Shown: positions 10,591 through 20,704, counted from the first letter of the stretch. The stretch is 64,000 nucleotides of DNA from an uncultured bacterium (GCA_964563535.1 CAZLXP010000001.1:423-64422), one strand, 5' to 3'. Notes: a model not told the origin generated them from the letters alone. Numbers and translations are program-made.

Positions 10591-10660
10591 ACTCTGGACC
10601 TCGCGCCCCCCGCGTATTGCCCCGCGGCCGACGGCACCGTCGCGGTAAACGACGCGCCCG

Positions 10661-11104
10661 TTATTCCTCCCCCTCCCCCTGGCTCGCCAGCCAATAGTTC
10701 TCGATCTCCCGCACGACCTCCGCGAAACCGCGGCCCGCGGCCGGCTTCACGAAATACACGCTCGCGCCCAGCTCGTACGTGCGGCTGACGCTGAAGGCGT
10801 CGCGCACCGCCGTCAAAACCACCACCGGTACGTCGTGTAGTGCCCTGCCGGCCCGTATCATCTTCAGCACCTCGTACCCGTCGACGCCGGGCATCTTCAA
10901 ATCGAGGATGACGAGCACCGGCAACGGGAAGCGGGCCCGGTTATCGAAAGGGGGCGCGCCGCATATATAAGCTACCGCTTCCCCGCCCGAGCGCGCCACC
11001 TCTACCCGCGGCGGGAGCGTCGTCTTTTTTAAAGCCCGCGTTATCAGCTTCGCGTCGTCGGCGTCATCCTCGACGAGAAGCACGACCGCCTCGTTAGCGT
11101 CCAA
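10661..11104 (-). CDS. Single-domain response-regulator receiver (CheY-like).
   Basis: VLLVEDDADDAKLITRAL...ILDLKMPGVDGYEVLKMIR...VVVLTAV...YFVKP. It is a paralogue of the receiver at 10123-10590. Confidence 0.8.
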   Translation of the reverse strand: MDANEAVVLLVEDDADDAKLITRALKKTTLPPRVEVARSGGEAVAYICGAPPFDNRARFPLPVLVILDLKMPGVDGYEVLKMIRAGRALHDVPVVVLTAVRDAFSVSRTYELGASVYFVKPAAGRGFAEVVREIENYWLASQGEGEE

Positions 11105-11106
11105 AA

Positions 11107-13872
11107 TTAACCTCCGCCATCGTCGCCCTCCACGCGTTTCCGGGGCAACTCGAAATAAAACGTCGCCCCCTTGCCCGGCTCGGACTCGTACCAGATCCGG
11201 CCGCCGTGGGCCTCGACGACCTTCTTAGCGCTGGCAAGGCCGATCCCCGTTCCCGGGTATTCGTCCTCCGGGTGTAACCGTTGAAAGATGTCGAAGACTT
11301 TATTTTGATATTTCATATCGAGGCCGATGCCGTTATCCGCTACGGAGAAAACGACTTTATCGGGTTCCTCGCTCCATGTGATTTTCACCTCGGGCGGCAC
11401 CTCGCAACGCCGATACTTTATAGCGTTACCCAGGAGGTTGCGCAGAACCACCGACAACAGCGAACGGTCACCCTCCACTACCGGTAACGGCCGGGCTACC
11501 TCCACATAGGCGCCCTGGGCCTTTATGCTTTCGGCCAATTCCTCGACCGCGGCCGCCGCTAATTCGTTCATATCCACGACCTCGTACGCGACGCCGCCCC
11601 GTCCTAACCGCGAGTACGTCAACAGGTCATTGATTAACCGGTCCATACGTACGGCGCCGTTGACGATGCGGCCCAGAAAATCCCGGCCCTCGGCGTCAAA
11701 CCGATCGCCGTAATCATCCAATAAAGCTCGCGAGAACCCCTCAATCGAGCGGAGCGGCGCGCGCAGGTCGTGCGAAACCGAATACGCAAACGACTCCAAC
11801 TCGCGGTTCTTGCCTTGGAGAGCCGCGGTCCGTTCCCTAACCGTCCGGTTGAGCGCGCGGTTGTGCGCAACTATCTCTTCCTCTAACTCCTTACTTTCCG
11901 AGATATCGGTAGCGACGGCGCAGCAAACCTGGGCCCCGTCGAGCCACGGCACGGCCTTCGCATTGACCCGCAACCACCGGCCGGACTTTTCATTAAACGC
12001 TTCCCTGGTATACGTGTCGCGCTCGCCCGTGAAGATCCTTTCCAACTCGCACGCGTGACACGGCGCCTCTAAACCCCAGATCGCCCGGTAACAGGGTTGA
12101 CCCGCCAGTTCCGGCCCCAAAGCCTCGGCCGCCGTCTCGTTGGTGAAGAGGACCTCGTACGTATCCGGGTCGACGATATATACGAGCTCGCTCATATTGT
12201 TTAAGACGTTTTCTAATATCCAACGTTGCTCGCGTACGATCTTCTCTTGCTCGCGCCGCTCGGTCAAGTCGCGGACGACGGCAAGCGCCGCCGGATAACC
12301 TTCGTATTGGACCGTCGCGACGCCGATTTCGACCGGTACCTCGTGGCCGTCACACCTCAACAATAAGGATTCGTAGACCGAAGGCCCATCCTCGCCCGCC
12401 ATACGCCTCCGATGGCGATCCGCTAACTCCTGCCGTGCCGAGGGCGCCACAAAATCGGTAAAATCCCGCCCTTCCATATCGGCGGGCCCGCAACCCAACC
12501 TTTGGGCGAAGGGTCGGTTGATAAACTTGACTGAGCCGTCTTGGATAATTACTATCCCGTCCTGGGTTTGCTCGACGACGCTACGGTATTTCGCCTCCGA
12601 TTCGCCAAGCTTCATCAGGGTGGCGGTGAGCTCGGCCGTCCGCTCCTTAACGCGCTCCTCGAGTTCGTCGCGGGTGACGCGGAGCTCTTCCTCCGTGCGT
12701 TTGCGCTCGGTTATGTCCCGGGCTATCCCTTGTATAGCGTACGGCTCGCCGTCGTGGCATATGACGGACGCCTTGGTCTCGACGTATATGAAAGTGCCGT
12801 CCTTACGACGCAAGCGATACTCCGTTACCCCCTTTTGGAAACCGGTCTCCCTAATCTCTTTGGCCGTCTCCAATGCCAGCGGGATCTTGTCGTCGGTCAA
12901 CAACGAAGTGAAGTTGAGCGAGGAGAGCTCGCTTTTCTCGTAGCCGAGCGCGTCCGACGCGGCGGCGTTGGCGTCGATAAAATTACCCTCGAAATCGTGG
13001 ACATAAACCCAATCGAGCGAACGGTCGAACAAAGCCCGATACCGCTCCTCGCTCTCACACAACTCCGCCTCGACGCGCTTACGTTCGGTGATGTCGCGCA
13101 CCGCGCCGTCTAAAAAAGCCAACTCGCCGTCGGCGCCGCATATGGCCCTGGCCGAAATCGACCCCCAGAACGCGTAGCCATCGCGGTGCTTGAGCCTCAA
13201 CTCGTAGTTATTGACCTCGCCCTCGGCTTTAACCTTTTCTATAAATAAAGTACGGTCTTCGGGTTCGACGTAATAATCGACCACGGGTTCGTCGGCTAGC
13301 TCCCCCACGCCGTCATACCCGAACATCTTCGCAAACGCCTGGTTAGCTGAGATGACACGGCCGCCGCCGGCGATAGAGGTCCGGTAAAGACCTACCGGGA
13401 TATTCTCCGTTAACGTGCGGTACCTCTCCTCGCTCGCGCGGAGCTCTTCCTCCGCCCGCCGCTTCTCTTCGACGAGGCGCGCTTGCGAAAGGACCTGGTC
13501 GACGACCAAAGGCAAGAGCTCAAGGAAACCCCCCTCCGCGTCCTTAACTACGTAGTCCGCGGCCCCCAGCTTCATCGCTTTTACGGCGACCTTCTCGTTG
13601 CCGCCCCCGGTAACCATAATCGTGGGCGGCAGGCGGCCGTGCCACCCCAGGATCCGTATCACTTCCAAACCGTTGTGTACGGGCATCTTGTGGTCGACAA
13701 GGAGGACGTCGTACGAGCTATCCTCGACCATCTCAAGGCCCTGGCGGCCGTCGGCCGCGACGTCGACCACGTACCCTTCCCGCTCCAGTTTTTTCTTCAG
13801 GAGGCGGGCCAGGCCGGCGTCGTCCTCCATGTAAAGGACGCGAATCGCCTCGGACTTTGACGTTGCACTCAC
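11107..13872 (-). CDS. Hybrid histidine kinase with an N-terminal REC, multiple PAS domains, HisKA and HATPase_c.
   Basis: REC (IRVLYMEDDAGLARLL...LLVDHKMPVHNG), at least four PAS-like segments, H-box (SHDLRAPLRSIEGF), G boxes (DNGIGLD, GTGIGLA). Likely GTG start at 13872 with a GGAGG RBS; the ORF track frame extends to 13989. Confidence 0.85.
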   Translation of the reverse strand: MSATSKSEAIRVLYMEDDAGLARLLKKKLEREGYVVDVAADGRQGLEMVEDSSYDVLLVDHKMPVHNGLEVIRILGWHGRLPPTIMVTGGGNEKVAVKAMKLGAADYVVKDAEGGFLELLPLVVDQVLSQARLVEEKRRAEEELRASEERYRTLTENIPVGLYRTSIAGGGRVISANQAFAKMFGYDGVGELADEPVVDYYVEPEDRTLFIEKVKAEGEVNNYELRLKHRDGYAFWGSISARAICGADGELAFLDGAVRDITERKRVEAELCESEERYRALFDRSLDWVYVHDFEGNFIDANAAASDALGYEKSELSSLNFTSLLTDDKIPLALETAKEIRETGFQKGVTEYRLRRKDGTFIYVETKASVICHDGEPYAIQGIARDITERKRTEEELRVTRDELEERVKERTAELTATLMKLGESEAKYRSVVEQTQDGIVIIQDGSVKFINRPFAQRLGCGPADMEGRDFTDFVAPSARQELADRHRRRMAGEDGPSVYESLLLRCDGHEVPVEIGVATVQYEGYPAALAVVRDLTERREQEKIVREQRWILENVLNNMSELVYIVDPDTYEVLFTNETAAEALGPELAGQPCYRAIWGLEAPCHACELERIFTGERDTYTREAFNEKSGRWLRVNAKAVPWLDGAQVCCAVATDISESKELEEEIVAHNRALNRTVRERTAALQGKNRELESFAYSVSHDLRAPLRSIEGFSRALLDDYGDRFDAEGRDFLGRIVNGAVRMDRLINDLLTYSRLGRGGVAYEVVDMNELAAAAVEELAESIKAQGAYVEVARPLPVVEGDRSLLSVVLRNLLGNAIKYRRCEVPPEVKITWSEEPDKVVFSVADNGIGLDMKYQNKVFDIFQRLHPEDEYPGTGIGLASAKKVVEAHGGRIWYESEPGKGATFYFELPRKRVEGDDGGG

Positions 13873-14312
13873 GCTTCCTCCGGAATCGTAACGACTGCGA
13901 GGAACAGGCCGAGGTTGCGGACCGCCTCGGCGAACCGGTCGTAGTTCACCGGCTTGGTAATGTAGACGTTGCACCCGAGGTCGTAACACCTCTGCACCTC
14001 GCGGGCGTCGTCGGTGGTCGTGAGTACCACTACGGGGATCCGCCGCGTCCGCTCGTCGGCCTTCATCCGCTCGAGCACCTCGTAGCCGTCGACCTTCGGG
14101 AGTTTCAAATCGAGCAGAATCAACAACGGCGACCGGTATCTACGACCGGAATCCGGGCGGTCGCCGAAGAGGTAATCGAGAGCCAGTTGGCCATCTTCGA
14201 GAATTCGTATGTCGTTGGAAATTTTAGACCGGCGCAAATTCTTCTCGATCAGGCGGGCGTGGCCGGCGTCGTCTTCCACTAAGAGGATCGTAACCTCGCG
14301 GGTGTTAGACAC
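13869..14312 (-). CDS. Single-domain response-regulator receiver.
   Basis: ILLVEDDAGHARLIEKNL...ILLDLKLPKVDGYEVLERMK...VVVLTTT...YITKP. Its stop overlaps the start of the downstream kinase (GTGA). Confidence 0.8.
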   Translation of the reverse strand: MSNTREVTILLVEDDAGHARLIEKNLRRSKISNDIRILEDGQLALDYLFGDRPDSGRRYRSPLLILLDLKLPKVDGYEVLERMKADERTRRIPVVVLTTTDDAREVQRCYDLGCNVYITKPVNYDRFAEAVRNLGLFLAVVTIPEEA

Positions 14313-16653
14313 GATCTTCTCCTTTCTTTGGGGTCACGGGCACGGTGAAACCAAACGTCGTCCCGACGCCCGGCTCGGACTCGCACCAGATCCGTCCGCC
14401 GTGGCGCCGCACGAGCGTTTGTACGTAAGCCAGGCCCATACCCTCGCCGGGGACGGATGGTTCGCCGACGCGGACGAAGGGCTCGAAAATTTTCTTCAAA
14501 TCCCGGGCCGCGATCCCCGTCCCGTTGTCGCGCACCCGGAATACCGCCTCGCCGTCGTCGACCTCCCCGCTAACGTCGATCTCTCCCGGGCGAACGGGGT
14601 CCAGATACAGGACGGCGTTGGTTAAAAGGTTGCCCACGATCTGTTCCATGGACGTCCGGTCCCCCACGACCTCGGGCAACGGCCCAACGGTAAATTTCGC
14701 GCGGCCTTGCTCCAGCTGGTGGCGCAACGTATCCATCGTTTCACGGACGAGGCTCCCCATATTCAAAGGCTCGAGCTCGAGATCGCGGCGGCCTAGCCGA
14801 GACAATTTCAAAACGCCGTTTACGAACTTGTCCATCCGCTCCACAGAGGCGTCGATGAAACCGAGGGCCTCGGGCACGTCCTTCCGCAGCGTCGTCGTCA
14901 ACGCCTCTCTCTGATCTTCTTCCAAGCAGGGTAACGCCGCCTCGGCCGCGTCGCGAACTACGTCCAGCGAGGCGCGGAGTTCGCCGGCGAAACCTCGAAG
15001 GTTGACCAGCGGCGCGCGCATATCGTGCGAAACGATGTAGGTGAACGCGCGGAGCTCCTCGTTGCTACGTTCCAATTCTGCGGTGCGCTCCCTAACTCGC
15101 TCCTCCAATTCGTCGCGGGCCCGGCGCAGCGCTTCCTCGGCCCGTTTCCGCCCGGTGATATCCCTCGTCGTCGCCACGAACGCCATCGGTTTACCGTCGG
15201 CGTCCCTGACCAACGACGCGCTCAAATCGCCGGCGAAGCGGCTGCCGTCTTTACGGAGGAACGTGAACTCCAAGTTCTTTACGACTTCTTCTCGTACCGC
15301 CCTTTGGAATTCCGCCGCGGCCCGCGGGCGGTCCTCGGGCACCAAAAACTCGAAAGCGTACCGACCTACTAAATCTGAACCGCCGTCATAGCCGTGCAAC
15401 GCCCCGGCTTGGGGCGAGGCGTAAGTAATCCTCCCTTCGAGGTCCGTCGTGCTGACCCCGTCGGGCGCGGTCTCGACGAGTTTGCGGTACTTCTCCTCCG
15501 ACTCAGCCTGTTTTTTCAGGGCCTCCGTCAGTTCGGCGGTCCGTTCCTTAACCCGCTCTTCTAACTCGTCGCGCGCCTTAAGCAACGCCCCCTGAGCGCG
15601 CGTACGTAGGAGGGCCGCGGCTACAATGTTCGCGAAGTTCTCAAGTATTTCGAAGGAACAAGGGGCCCGCTCCTTGGAACCTAGGACCGCCACTCGCCCC
15701 AAGATCTCGCCGCCCTGGCGCAAGGCAACGGCGTAGATGCAACCGATTCCGAGGGCTTCTTTTAAAGCGGCCGCAACGTCCCTTGGCATACCGCCGTTCG
15801 TCAGTTCGTGGAATCCCTCGAAAGTCTTTACCCGGGGAACCGACAACATATTCTGGAGCACGTAATCGTCTACCGAAGCCCGAAATGCTCCCGCGAGCCC
15901 CGCGGCAAGCATTTTCGCCTTGGTGAAAACACCTCGCGCCGCGGACACGTAACGCAACTCGAGTACCTTCGCCTCCGTTTCGTAAGTCGTAGCGGCAACG
16001 GCCTTGGCGGCGGTGATCTCCCGCAATAGATCGCACGCGGTCCCGTACACGTCTTCGACGGATTTCGCTCCGGCCAGACTTATAGCCATTTCGTTGAGAG
16101 CCGATAGGTTCTCCGCCCGGCGCCGGAGTTCTTCCTCCGCGCGCTCCTGTGCCGCGACTTCTAGTACGAGCCCCCGGAACGCGATCGTCTTACGCCCATC
16201 TTGCATCAAGCTTATCCGGGCTTCGCCGCGCCGGGCAGTTCCGTCGGCGCCGACGTACGAATAACCGACGGGTTCGCGGACCTCTCCCCAAACGGCGGAA
16301 TTAAAAACCTCGACGTATCCAGACATATTCCGCGCGTGCAGCGCATGTAATTCCGAGAAGTGTTTACCCATAAGATCGCGTTTAGGAACGCCGACCATAT
16401 CGGCGAAAGCCGTATTGCAAGACGCAATAAATCCTCCGGCATCCAAAGTTACTATGCCGCTCGGAACCGACCCGATGACATTTCCATACCTTCCTTCGGA
16501 TCCTCTAAATTCCTCCTCGGCCCGCTCGCGCGCCGCGGTCTCCCGGCGAAGCCTTTCCCGCGCCGCCGCTAATTCGGCTTTCAATTCTTCGATGTCGGAC
16601 AGCAGCGTGGCCAACTGTTTTTTCCCCGCCCCGTCGCGCTTTACTTTATACAT
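14305..16653 (-). CDS. Sensor histidine kinase (coiled coil, PAS/GAF, HisKA, HATPase_c).
   Basis: PAS regions, H-box (SHDMRAPLVNLRGF), N/G boxes (DNGTGIA, GMGLAYV). Likely ATG at 16653 (MYKVKRDG) after a GGAGG RBS; the ORF track frame extends to 16752. Confidence 0.8.
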   Translation of the reverse strand: MYKVKRDGAGKKQLATLLSDIEELKAELAAARERLRRETAARERAEEEFRGSEGRYGNVIGSVPSGIVTLDAGGFIASCNTAFADMVGVPKRDLMGKHFSELHALHARNMSGYVEVFNSAVWGEVREPVGYSYVGADGTARRGEARISLMQDGRKTIAFRGLVLEVAAQERAEEELRRRAENLSALNEMAISLAGAKSVEDVYGTACDLLREITAAKAVAATTYETEAKVLELRYVSAARGVFTKAKMLAAGLAGAFRASVDDYVLQNMLSVPRVKTFEGFHELTNGGMPRDVAAALKEALGIGCIYAVALRQGGEILGRVAVLGSKERAPCSFEILENFANIVAAALLRTRAQGALLKARDELEERVKERTAELTEALKKQAESEEKYRKLVETAPDGVSTTDLEGRITYASPQAGALHGYDGGSDLVGRYAFEFLVPEDRPRAAAEFQRAVREEVVKNLEFTFLRKDGSRFAGDLSASLVRDADGKPMAFVATTRDITGRKRAEEALRRARDELEERVRERTAELERSNEELRAFTYIVSHDMRAPLVNLRGFAGELRASLDVVRDAAEAALPCLEEDQREALTTTLRKDVPEALGFIDASVERMDKFVNGVLKLSRLGRRDLELEPLNMGSLVRETMDTLRHQLEQGRAKFTVGPLPEVVGDRTSMEQIVGNLLTNAVLYLDPVRPGEIDVSGEVDDGEAVFRVRDNGTGIAARDLKKIFEPFVRVGEPSVPGEGMGLAYVQTLVRRHGGRIWCESEPGVGTTFGFTVPVTPKKGEDRV

Positions 16654-17090
16654 CTTTCCAAACCTCCGTGCGTTGCCCTGGATTAATCCGCCGGGCCGCG
16701 GCCACGAACGTTCCCTCACGCGGCCCGTTATCCTATTTTTTCCCCCTGCCAATTCTTGTCAGTCGCCTCTCAAGAAAAACCTTCTCCCCGCCCGGCAGGA
16801 ACCGAGTACCTCCAACCTGCACACCTTCCCTGCTACCGACGTCCGTCCCATCTTCGTGGCGATAGTTTGTCTAGGAAATGGACAGCGCCGTTTAGTTTTC
16901 GGACCGTCGGCGGCTAAGGAACGGGCGTTCCCCAACGTCCGGTCCCTTAGCGTTTACCACCAATTCTTTCATTATCAATAACTTAGGGCTTGTGCGCCGG
17001 CCCGGGCGTCTCTGGCACCGGGGTTGCTTTTAAGAAGTGAGAACCTGGAGCGATAACGGAAAGTGCGTTCAAAACGAAAGGAAGCGCGAA

Positions 17091-17822
17091 ATGAAATCCC
17101 TTATGACGATCGCCATTTTGTCCGCCGCCGCGGCCGGGACGTGGGCCGAGGAAACGCCCGGCTTCGACGCCGTAGGGTTGGTTCACCTCGACGAGGCAAA
17201 CGTCGATACCTACTACAACTACTTAGCCGCGGTCCCGGTTTTTCGGTATTGGAACGACGTCCGGTTCAACAAGGCGCCGCTCTTCACGGACGAACCCGGC
17301 GCTGCGTACGCGATAGGCGAGGAAAACCCGACGGCCTTGCGGCTCATCGTAATCGGCGACGCGGACCCGGCCGAGATTACGGCGGTGCGGGAGGCGTTCG
17401 ACGTCGCGCCCAACGCCGTGGTCACGGTTCAGGGCGACGCGGCGGTAGTCGCGGCCACGTTGGCCACCAATTGGGCCCAGGCCCGCGACGTCGTCGTCGC
17501 GCCGTACGCCCCGGGGGGCGACAAGGCGACCGTCGCCTCCGCCTCCTACGCCGCGGCCCTGGCCAGCGTGCTCAACGCGCCGCTCGTATACACGTACACC
17601 AAGTACTTGCCCTACGAAACTTCGGCCGCCCTTCGCAGCCTCGGCGCGAAGAACGTCTACCTTGTCGACCTTGGCGCGAGTTGCAGCGGCTACGTCCTCG
17701 AGAAGCTCACCGCCGATGGACGGTACTTACGCGCGGCGTTTGGCCGCGCCGGCGACGTCACCGCTTTCGTCGAAAAATATCTTCACGGCCAACAGATGAA
17801 GAGCCTCCCGCGGCTGGCTTAA
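17091..17822 (+). CDS. Secreted protein with cell-wall-binding-repeat-2-like (CW_binding_2) modules.
   Basis: Signal peptide MKSLMTIAILSAAAAGTWA. The repeat resembles the CWB2 consensus: DVVVAPYAPGGDKATVASASYAAALASVLNAPLVYTY...SAALRSLGAKNVYLVDLGASCSGYVLEKL. Confidence 0.45.
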   Translation: MKSLMTIAILSAAAAGTWAEETPGFDAVGLVHLDEANVDTYYNYLAAVPVFRYWNDVRFNKAPLFTDEPGAAYAIGEENPTALRLIVIGDADPAEITAVREAFDVAPNAVVTVQGDAAVVAATLATNWAQARDVVVAPYAPGGDKATVASASYAAALASVLNAPLVYTYTKYLPYETSAALRSLGAKNVYLVDLGASCSGYVLEKLTADGRYLRAAFGRAGDVTAFVEKYLHGQQMKSLPRLA

Positions 17823-18999
17823 AACGCCCCCCGGGAGGACACCCTTACGGCAGATGCCAAAGCTAAAAGGAGAAACGTCGTGGTTAATAGAGAATGCGGG
17901 TTCGATTGCGCGGGCGAGTGCGCCGACCGGGAATGCCACTACTTGCGCGAACTCTCGGGCGCCGCGTTCGGGGCTGTCTCGTGCTACGGTACCTGCAGCG
18001 GCCGATGCGCAGGCCGTTTAGAGGTCGACGCTACACCGCTCGAGCTTCCCCCCTCTCCGCGGGACGTGAAACCAGACCACCATACGCGCGCGACGGTCCG
18101 GTCGCGCGAACTCTTCTTCGAGCGGAGCGAAGAGCGACGCGCCGGCTCCGAAACGTACGAGGTTTCGTGTGCCGTAGGATGTTTCGTAAGCCACGGCGCG
18201 GAGACGACAGGCGGTCCAGCGGACTGTTACGGCTCGTGCTTGGGTATATGCTACGGTGCCGCGACGTACCAGGACGTAGAGGCGCCGACTTCGCACGGCT
18301 ATAAATAGCGAAATCCCGCCAACAATCCACGCCAGCCGCGGCCGCATAACGAGACAAAACGGTGGCTCGGCCGCGAACCGGGATGACACGTTTTGACATA
18401 GCGGGACTGTAATAATGGCCCCGCGGTCGGGCAGCCTATTGGTTTACGGCGCGGAAAAGTCGCCGCCGTGGGCGAAGGCACGGCGATACCGGAAAGAGAC
18501 GGCCTTGGCGGGATTCGACGTGAATATTCTCGTAGTAACCGAGACGCGAGAGGTGGTCGAATTCGTCGAAGCGTCGCCACGAGAGAAATGGCGGCCTTCG
18601 TTCAACGTTGCGTGGACACGAGAGGTTTCCCGAAGGCCTAACACGGCCTCGACGAAACGGTGTCCGCTTCGCGCCAACGGACCTTTCACTTTCGGAAACC
18701 AACCGCTCGGGGCAGCGGCAGCGTTCTGGCTCCTCGCCCCGGACGTCGCCGTACTCTCACTGACGCCGCCCGAGCGGGAGGAAGTCACCCGCCCGTGTCT
18801 CTCCCGCGGCGCCCGGGAACGCGTCGTCGCGGGGCGGATTACGGAAGAGCGGTTACGCCGGGCGATAGTCTATGCTATCGCCGGGAATGGGTCGCCCGTA
18901 CATACGATGAACTAACGCGGCAGTCGAAGTAAACCGGCCTACGCGGCGTAGCGTGCGGCGCCCGACACGCCGGAAATAGTCGGCAAAGGAGGTGCAATC

Positions 19000-19416
19000 G
19001 TGAAACGGGACGAATTCAACGTCTTGGTATTTGAAGATGATGGCGCGGTCGCGTTACTTGTCCAAACGTTGCTAGGGAACGCGGCGCGCCCTCGGTTTCG
19101 TGTAAAATACGCGGCCGAGATCGGTGCGGGCCTTAAACACCTTAGGGAAGAAAGATTCGACGTCGTCTTAGTCGATATCTCTTGGACGTGGAACGCCGAT
19201 CCCGCGGTTTTAAAGAAGATACGTATCTTCGCGCCGGAGGCGGCCGTCGTTTTACTGGCCGACCGGAACGCCGTAACGTCACGGGCCCACGACTCTGATT
19301 ACGCGGCCGAAGGCTTGCTCGTAAATGGGGAATTCGACGCCGAGCTACTAAAGAGCACACTAGGGCGCGCCGTCGCGCGGCGCCGGGTCCGGGAGTTACC
19401 CCATATTTACAGTTAA
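19000..19416 (+). CDS. Degenerate receiver (REC-like) domain protein.
   Basis: AAGGAGG RBS followed by GTG. Sequence VLVFEDDGAVALL...FDVVLVDISW...AVVLLADRN. The acidic pocket and phospho-Asp position are present, but the conserved Thr/Lys are not obvious. Confidence 0.45.
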   Translation: MKRDEFNVLVFEDDGAVALLVQTLLGNAARPRFRVKYAAEIGAGLKHLREERFDVVLVDISWTWNADPAVLKKIRIFAPEAAVVLLADRNAVTSRAHDSDYAAEGLLVNGEFDAELLKSTLGRAVARRRVRELPHIYS

Positions 19417-19531
19417 CGTCTTTCCCATATTGTTATCTTCACTTTCCCTTCCGGAGCGCCTAGGCGCTCGGGGGCTCGCCCCAACCGGATCCGAAGCGGT
19501 TTAGATCTTAGTACGTAACCCGCCGGCGCTA

Positions 19532-20110
19532 CTAGTTGAGGTTGATCAAAACGCGCCAAGACGGGTGGACGCCGCGGAAGTACGGCGGCGAGCCAAAGGG
19601 GATCTCGTCCCACCGCCATTCCGGAAGGATCATAAAAGCGGGGGAAATTTGAAACGCGGGGCCGACGAAGTAGGATTTGCCCACGTTGCGCTTTCTCAGC
19701 GTCATACGGCCGCCGGCCTCGCCGCCGCCGATCAACGTTAGGCCGGCGCCGCCTTGGACGTAGAAGGGCGCCCAGACCCAGAAGTAGGCCCGTACGTCCG
19801 CGTACCCGGAGGCGAGGTAATACGTCGCGCCCCCCCGCACTTCGCCGGCGTCGAGCCCCGCGGCGAAGTCGAATGCGGCGAGGTCCTCGCGGATCGGCGT
19901 ACAAACCAACCGCAAGCCGAAAACAGGGCCTTGGGCATACGTCCCGACCTCTTCTTCCAGGTAATACTGACCGTACGCGTTGACCGCCCAGCCGAACGCG
20001 CTGTGCCGATGCCATCGGTCGTCCTTGGCGGCGTACGCCGGACATGCCAGCGCCCCGGCAAGTACCAGAACTGTCCAATTATTTAACACTCGTTTTTGAC
20101 TCTTTGTCAT
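19532..20110 (-). CDS. Outer-membrane beta-barrel-like protein (OmpA/OmpW-like), secreted.
   Basis: Signal peptide MTKSQKRVLNNWTVLVLAGALACPAYA. Alternating hydrophobic, Gly/Tyr/Phe-rich strands. C-terminal aromatic residues. Confidence 0.45.
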   Translation of the reverse strand: MTKSQKRVLNNWTVLVLAGALACPAYAAKDDRWHRHSAFGWAVNAYGQYYLEEEVGTYAQGPVFGLRLVCTPIREDLAAFDFAAGLDAGEVRGGATYYLASGYADVRAYFWVWAPFYVQGGAGLTLIGGGEAGGRMTLRKRNVGKSYFVGPAFQISPAFMILPEWRWDEIPFGSPPYFRGVHPSWRVLINLN

Positions 20111-20349
20111 AACATATTATAACCGAGAAAGGAGCCGATGTCAAACGGGGACAGCAAAAAACCTCGGGCCACCTATTAACTACCTCATTTAACGCCACGC
20201 CACGGGAAATCGTTCGAACCGGGGTCGCTCTCCCGGAACAGTTTCAAAAGGGCGTCGGCAGTGGATATGGCCTCGAGGGTGCGACGGCATTCGTGGAGGT
20301 GAGTATAGGGATCGTTAACCCGGCGCGGCGTTAAAACGCTTCACCTACC

Positions 20350-20399
20350 GGCACCGTATCCCCCGTGCCCTCGGCCGTGTGAAGGCCGTTTTTAAATAA
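20350..20399 (+). pseudogene. Orphan 3' fragment of an NHL-family gene (last ~11 codons ...ALGRVKAVFK plus stop). It is followed by the family 3' UTR and terminator.
   Basis: gcc ctc ggc cgt gtg aag gcc gtt ttt aaa taa matches the conserved family C-terminus. The downstream 100 bp (20400-20495) is about 85% identical to the sequence after the NHL gene at 38050-39009, including a stem-loop with a T-tract. Confidence 0.6.
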
Positions 20400-20588
20400 C
20401 GGCATAACGCAAACGAAACGCCGCCCTACCGGGGCGGCCTTTTTTATTTCAACTCGGCTCATCAGTAATACCCCGATATCTTCAACTGCTCCGCGCCGCG
20501 CTCGCGGCGGAACTTCACGTTGAGGATAAGCCCCACCGCCCGGGACGAAGGCCGTCACCGCGCCGCCTTTGTATCGTAGGCCAGGAAT

Positions 20589-20704
20589 TTTTGCATCGCG
20601 GCCCTGAACCTGCTATATTTTATATATATACCGAAATTCGTGAATTAAATCACAAATTACCGAAATTAACTATACGATTTCAATTAACCGAGAGGAGAGG
20701 CCCT
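20589..20704 (+). promoter_or_regulatory. Conserved AT-rich promoter/operator region of the NHL gene family (copy 1). It contains a near-palindrome, GTGAATTAAATCAC, at 20640-20653.
   Basis: About 115 bp are near-identical to 37932-38049, which lies upstream of the paralogue at 38050. The sequence is ...cctgctatattttatatatataccgaaattcGTGAATTAAATCAC... followed by a GAGGAG RBS and the ATG. Confidence 0.6.

Noticed and set aside
11281-13113. Multiple plus-strand ORFs within the hybrid kinase gene (11281-11509, 12518-13113 and similar).
   Set aside because: Antisense to a gene with canonical REC/PAS/HisKA/HATPase order. Ser/Arg-rich nonsense.
17063-17866. 267-aa ORF overlapping the cell-wall-binding-repeat gene in another frame.
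   Set aside because: Extremely Arg/Gly-rich (RRRGRDVGRGNARLRRRRVG...), with no plausible fold. The alternative frame has a signal peptide and recognisable repeats.
19413-20086. ORFs 19413-20078, 19738-20061 and 19754-20086 overlapping the outer-membrane-protein gene.
   Set aside because: Alternative frames of the same region. The chosen frame has a signal peptide and beta-barrel-like composition; the others are Arg/Pro-rich.
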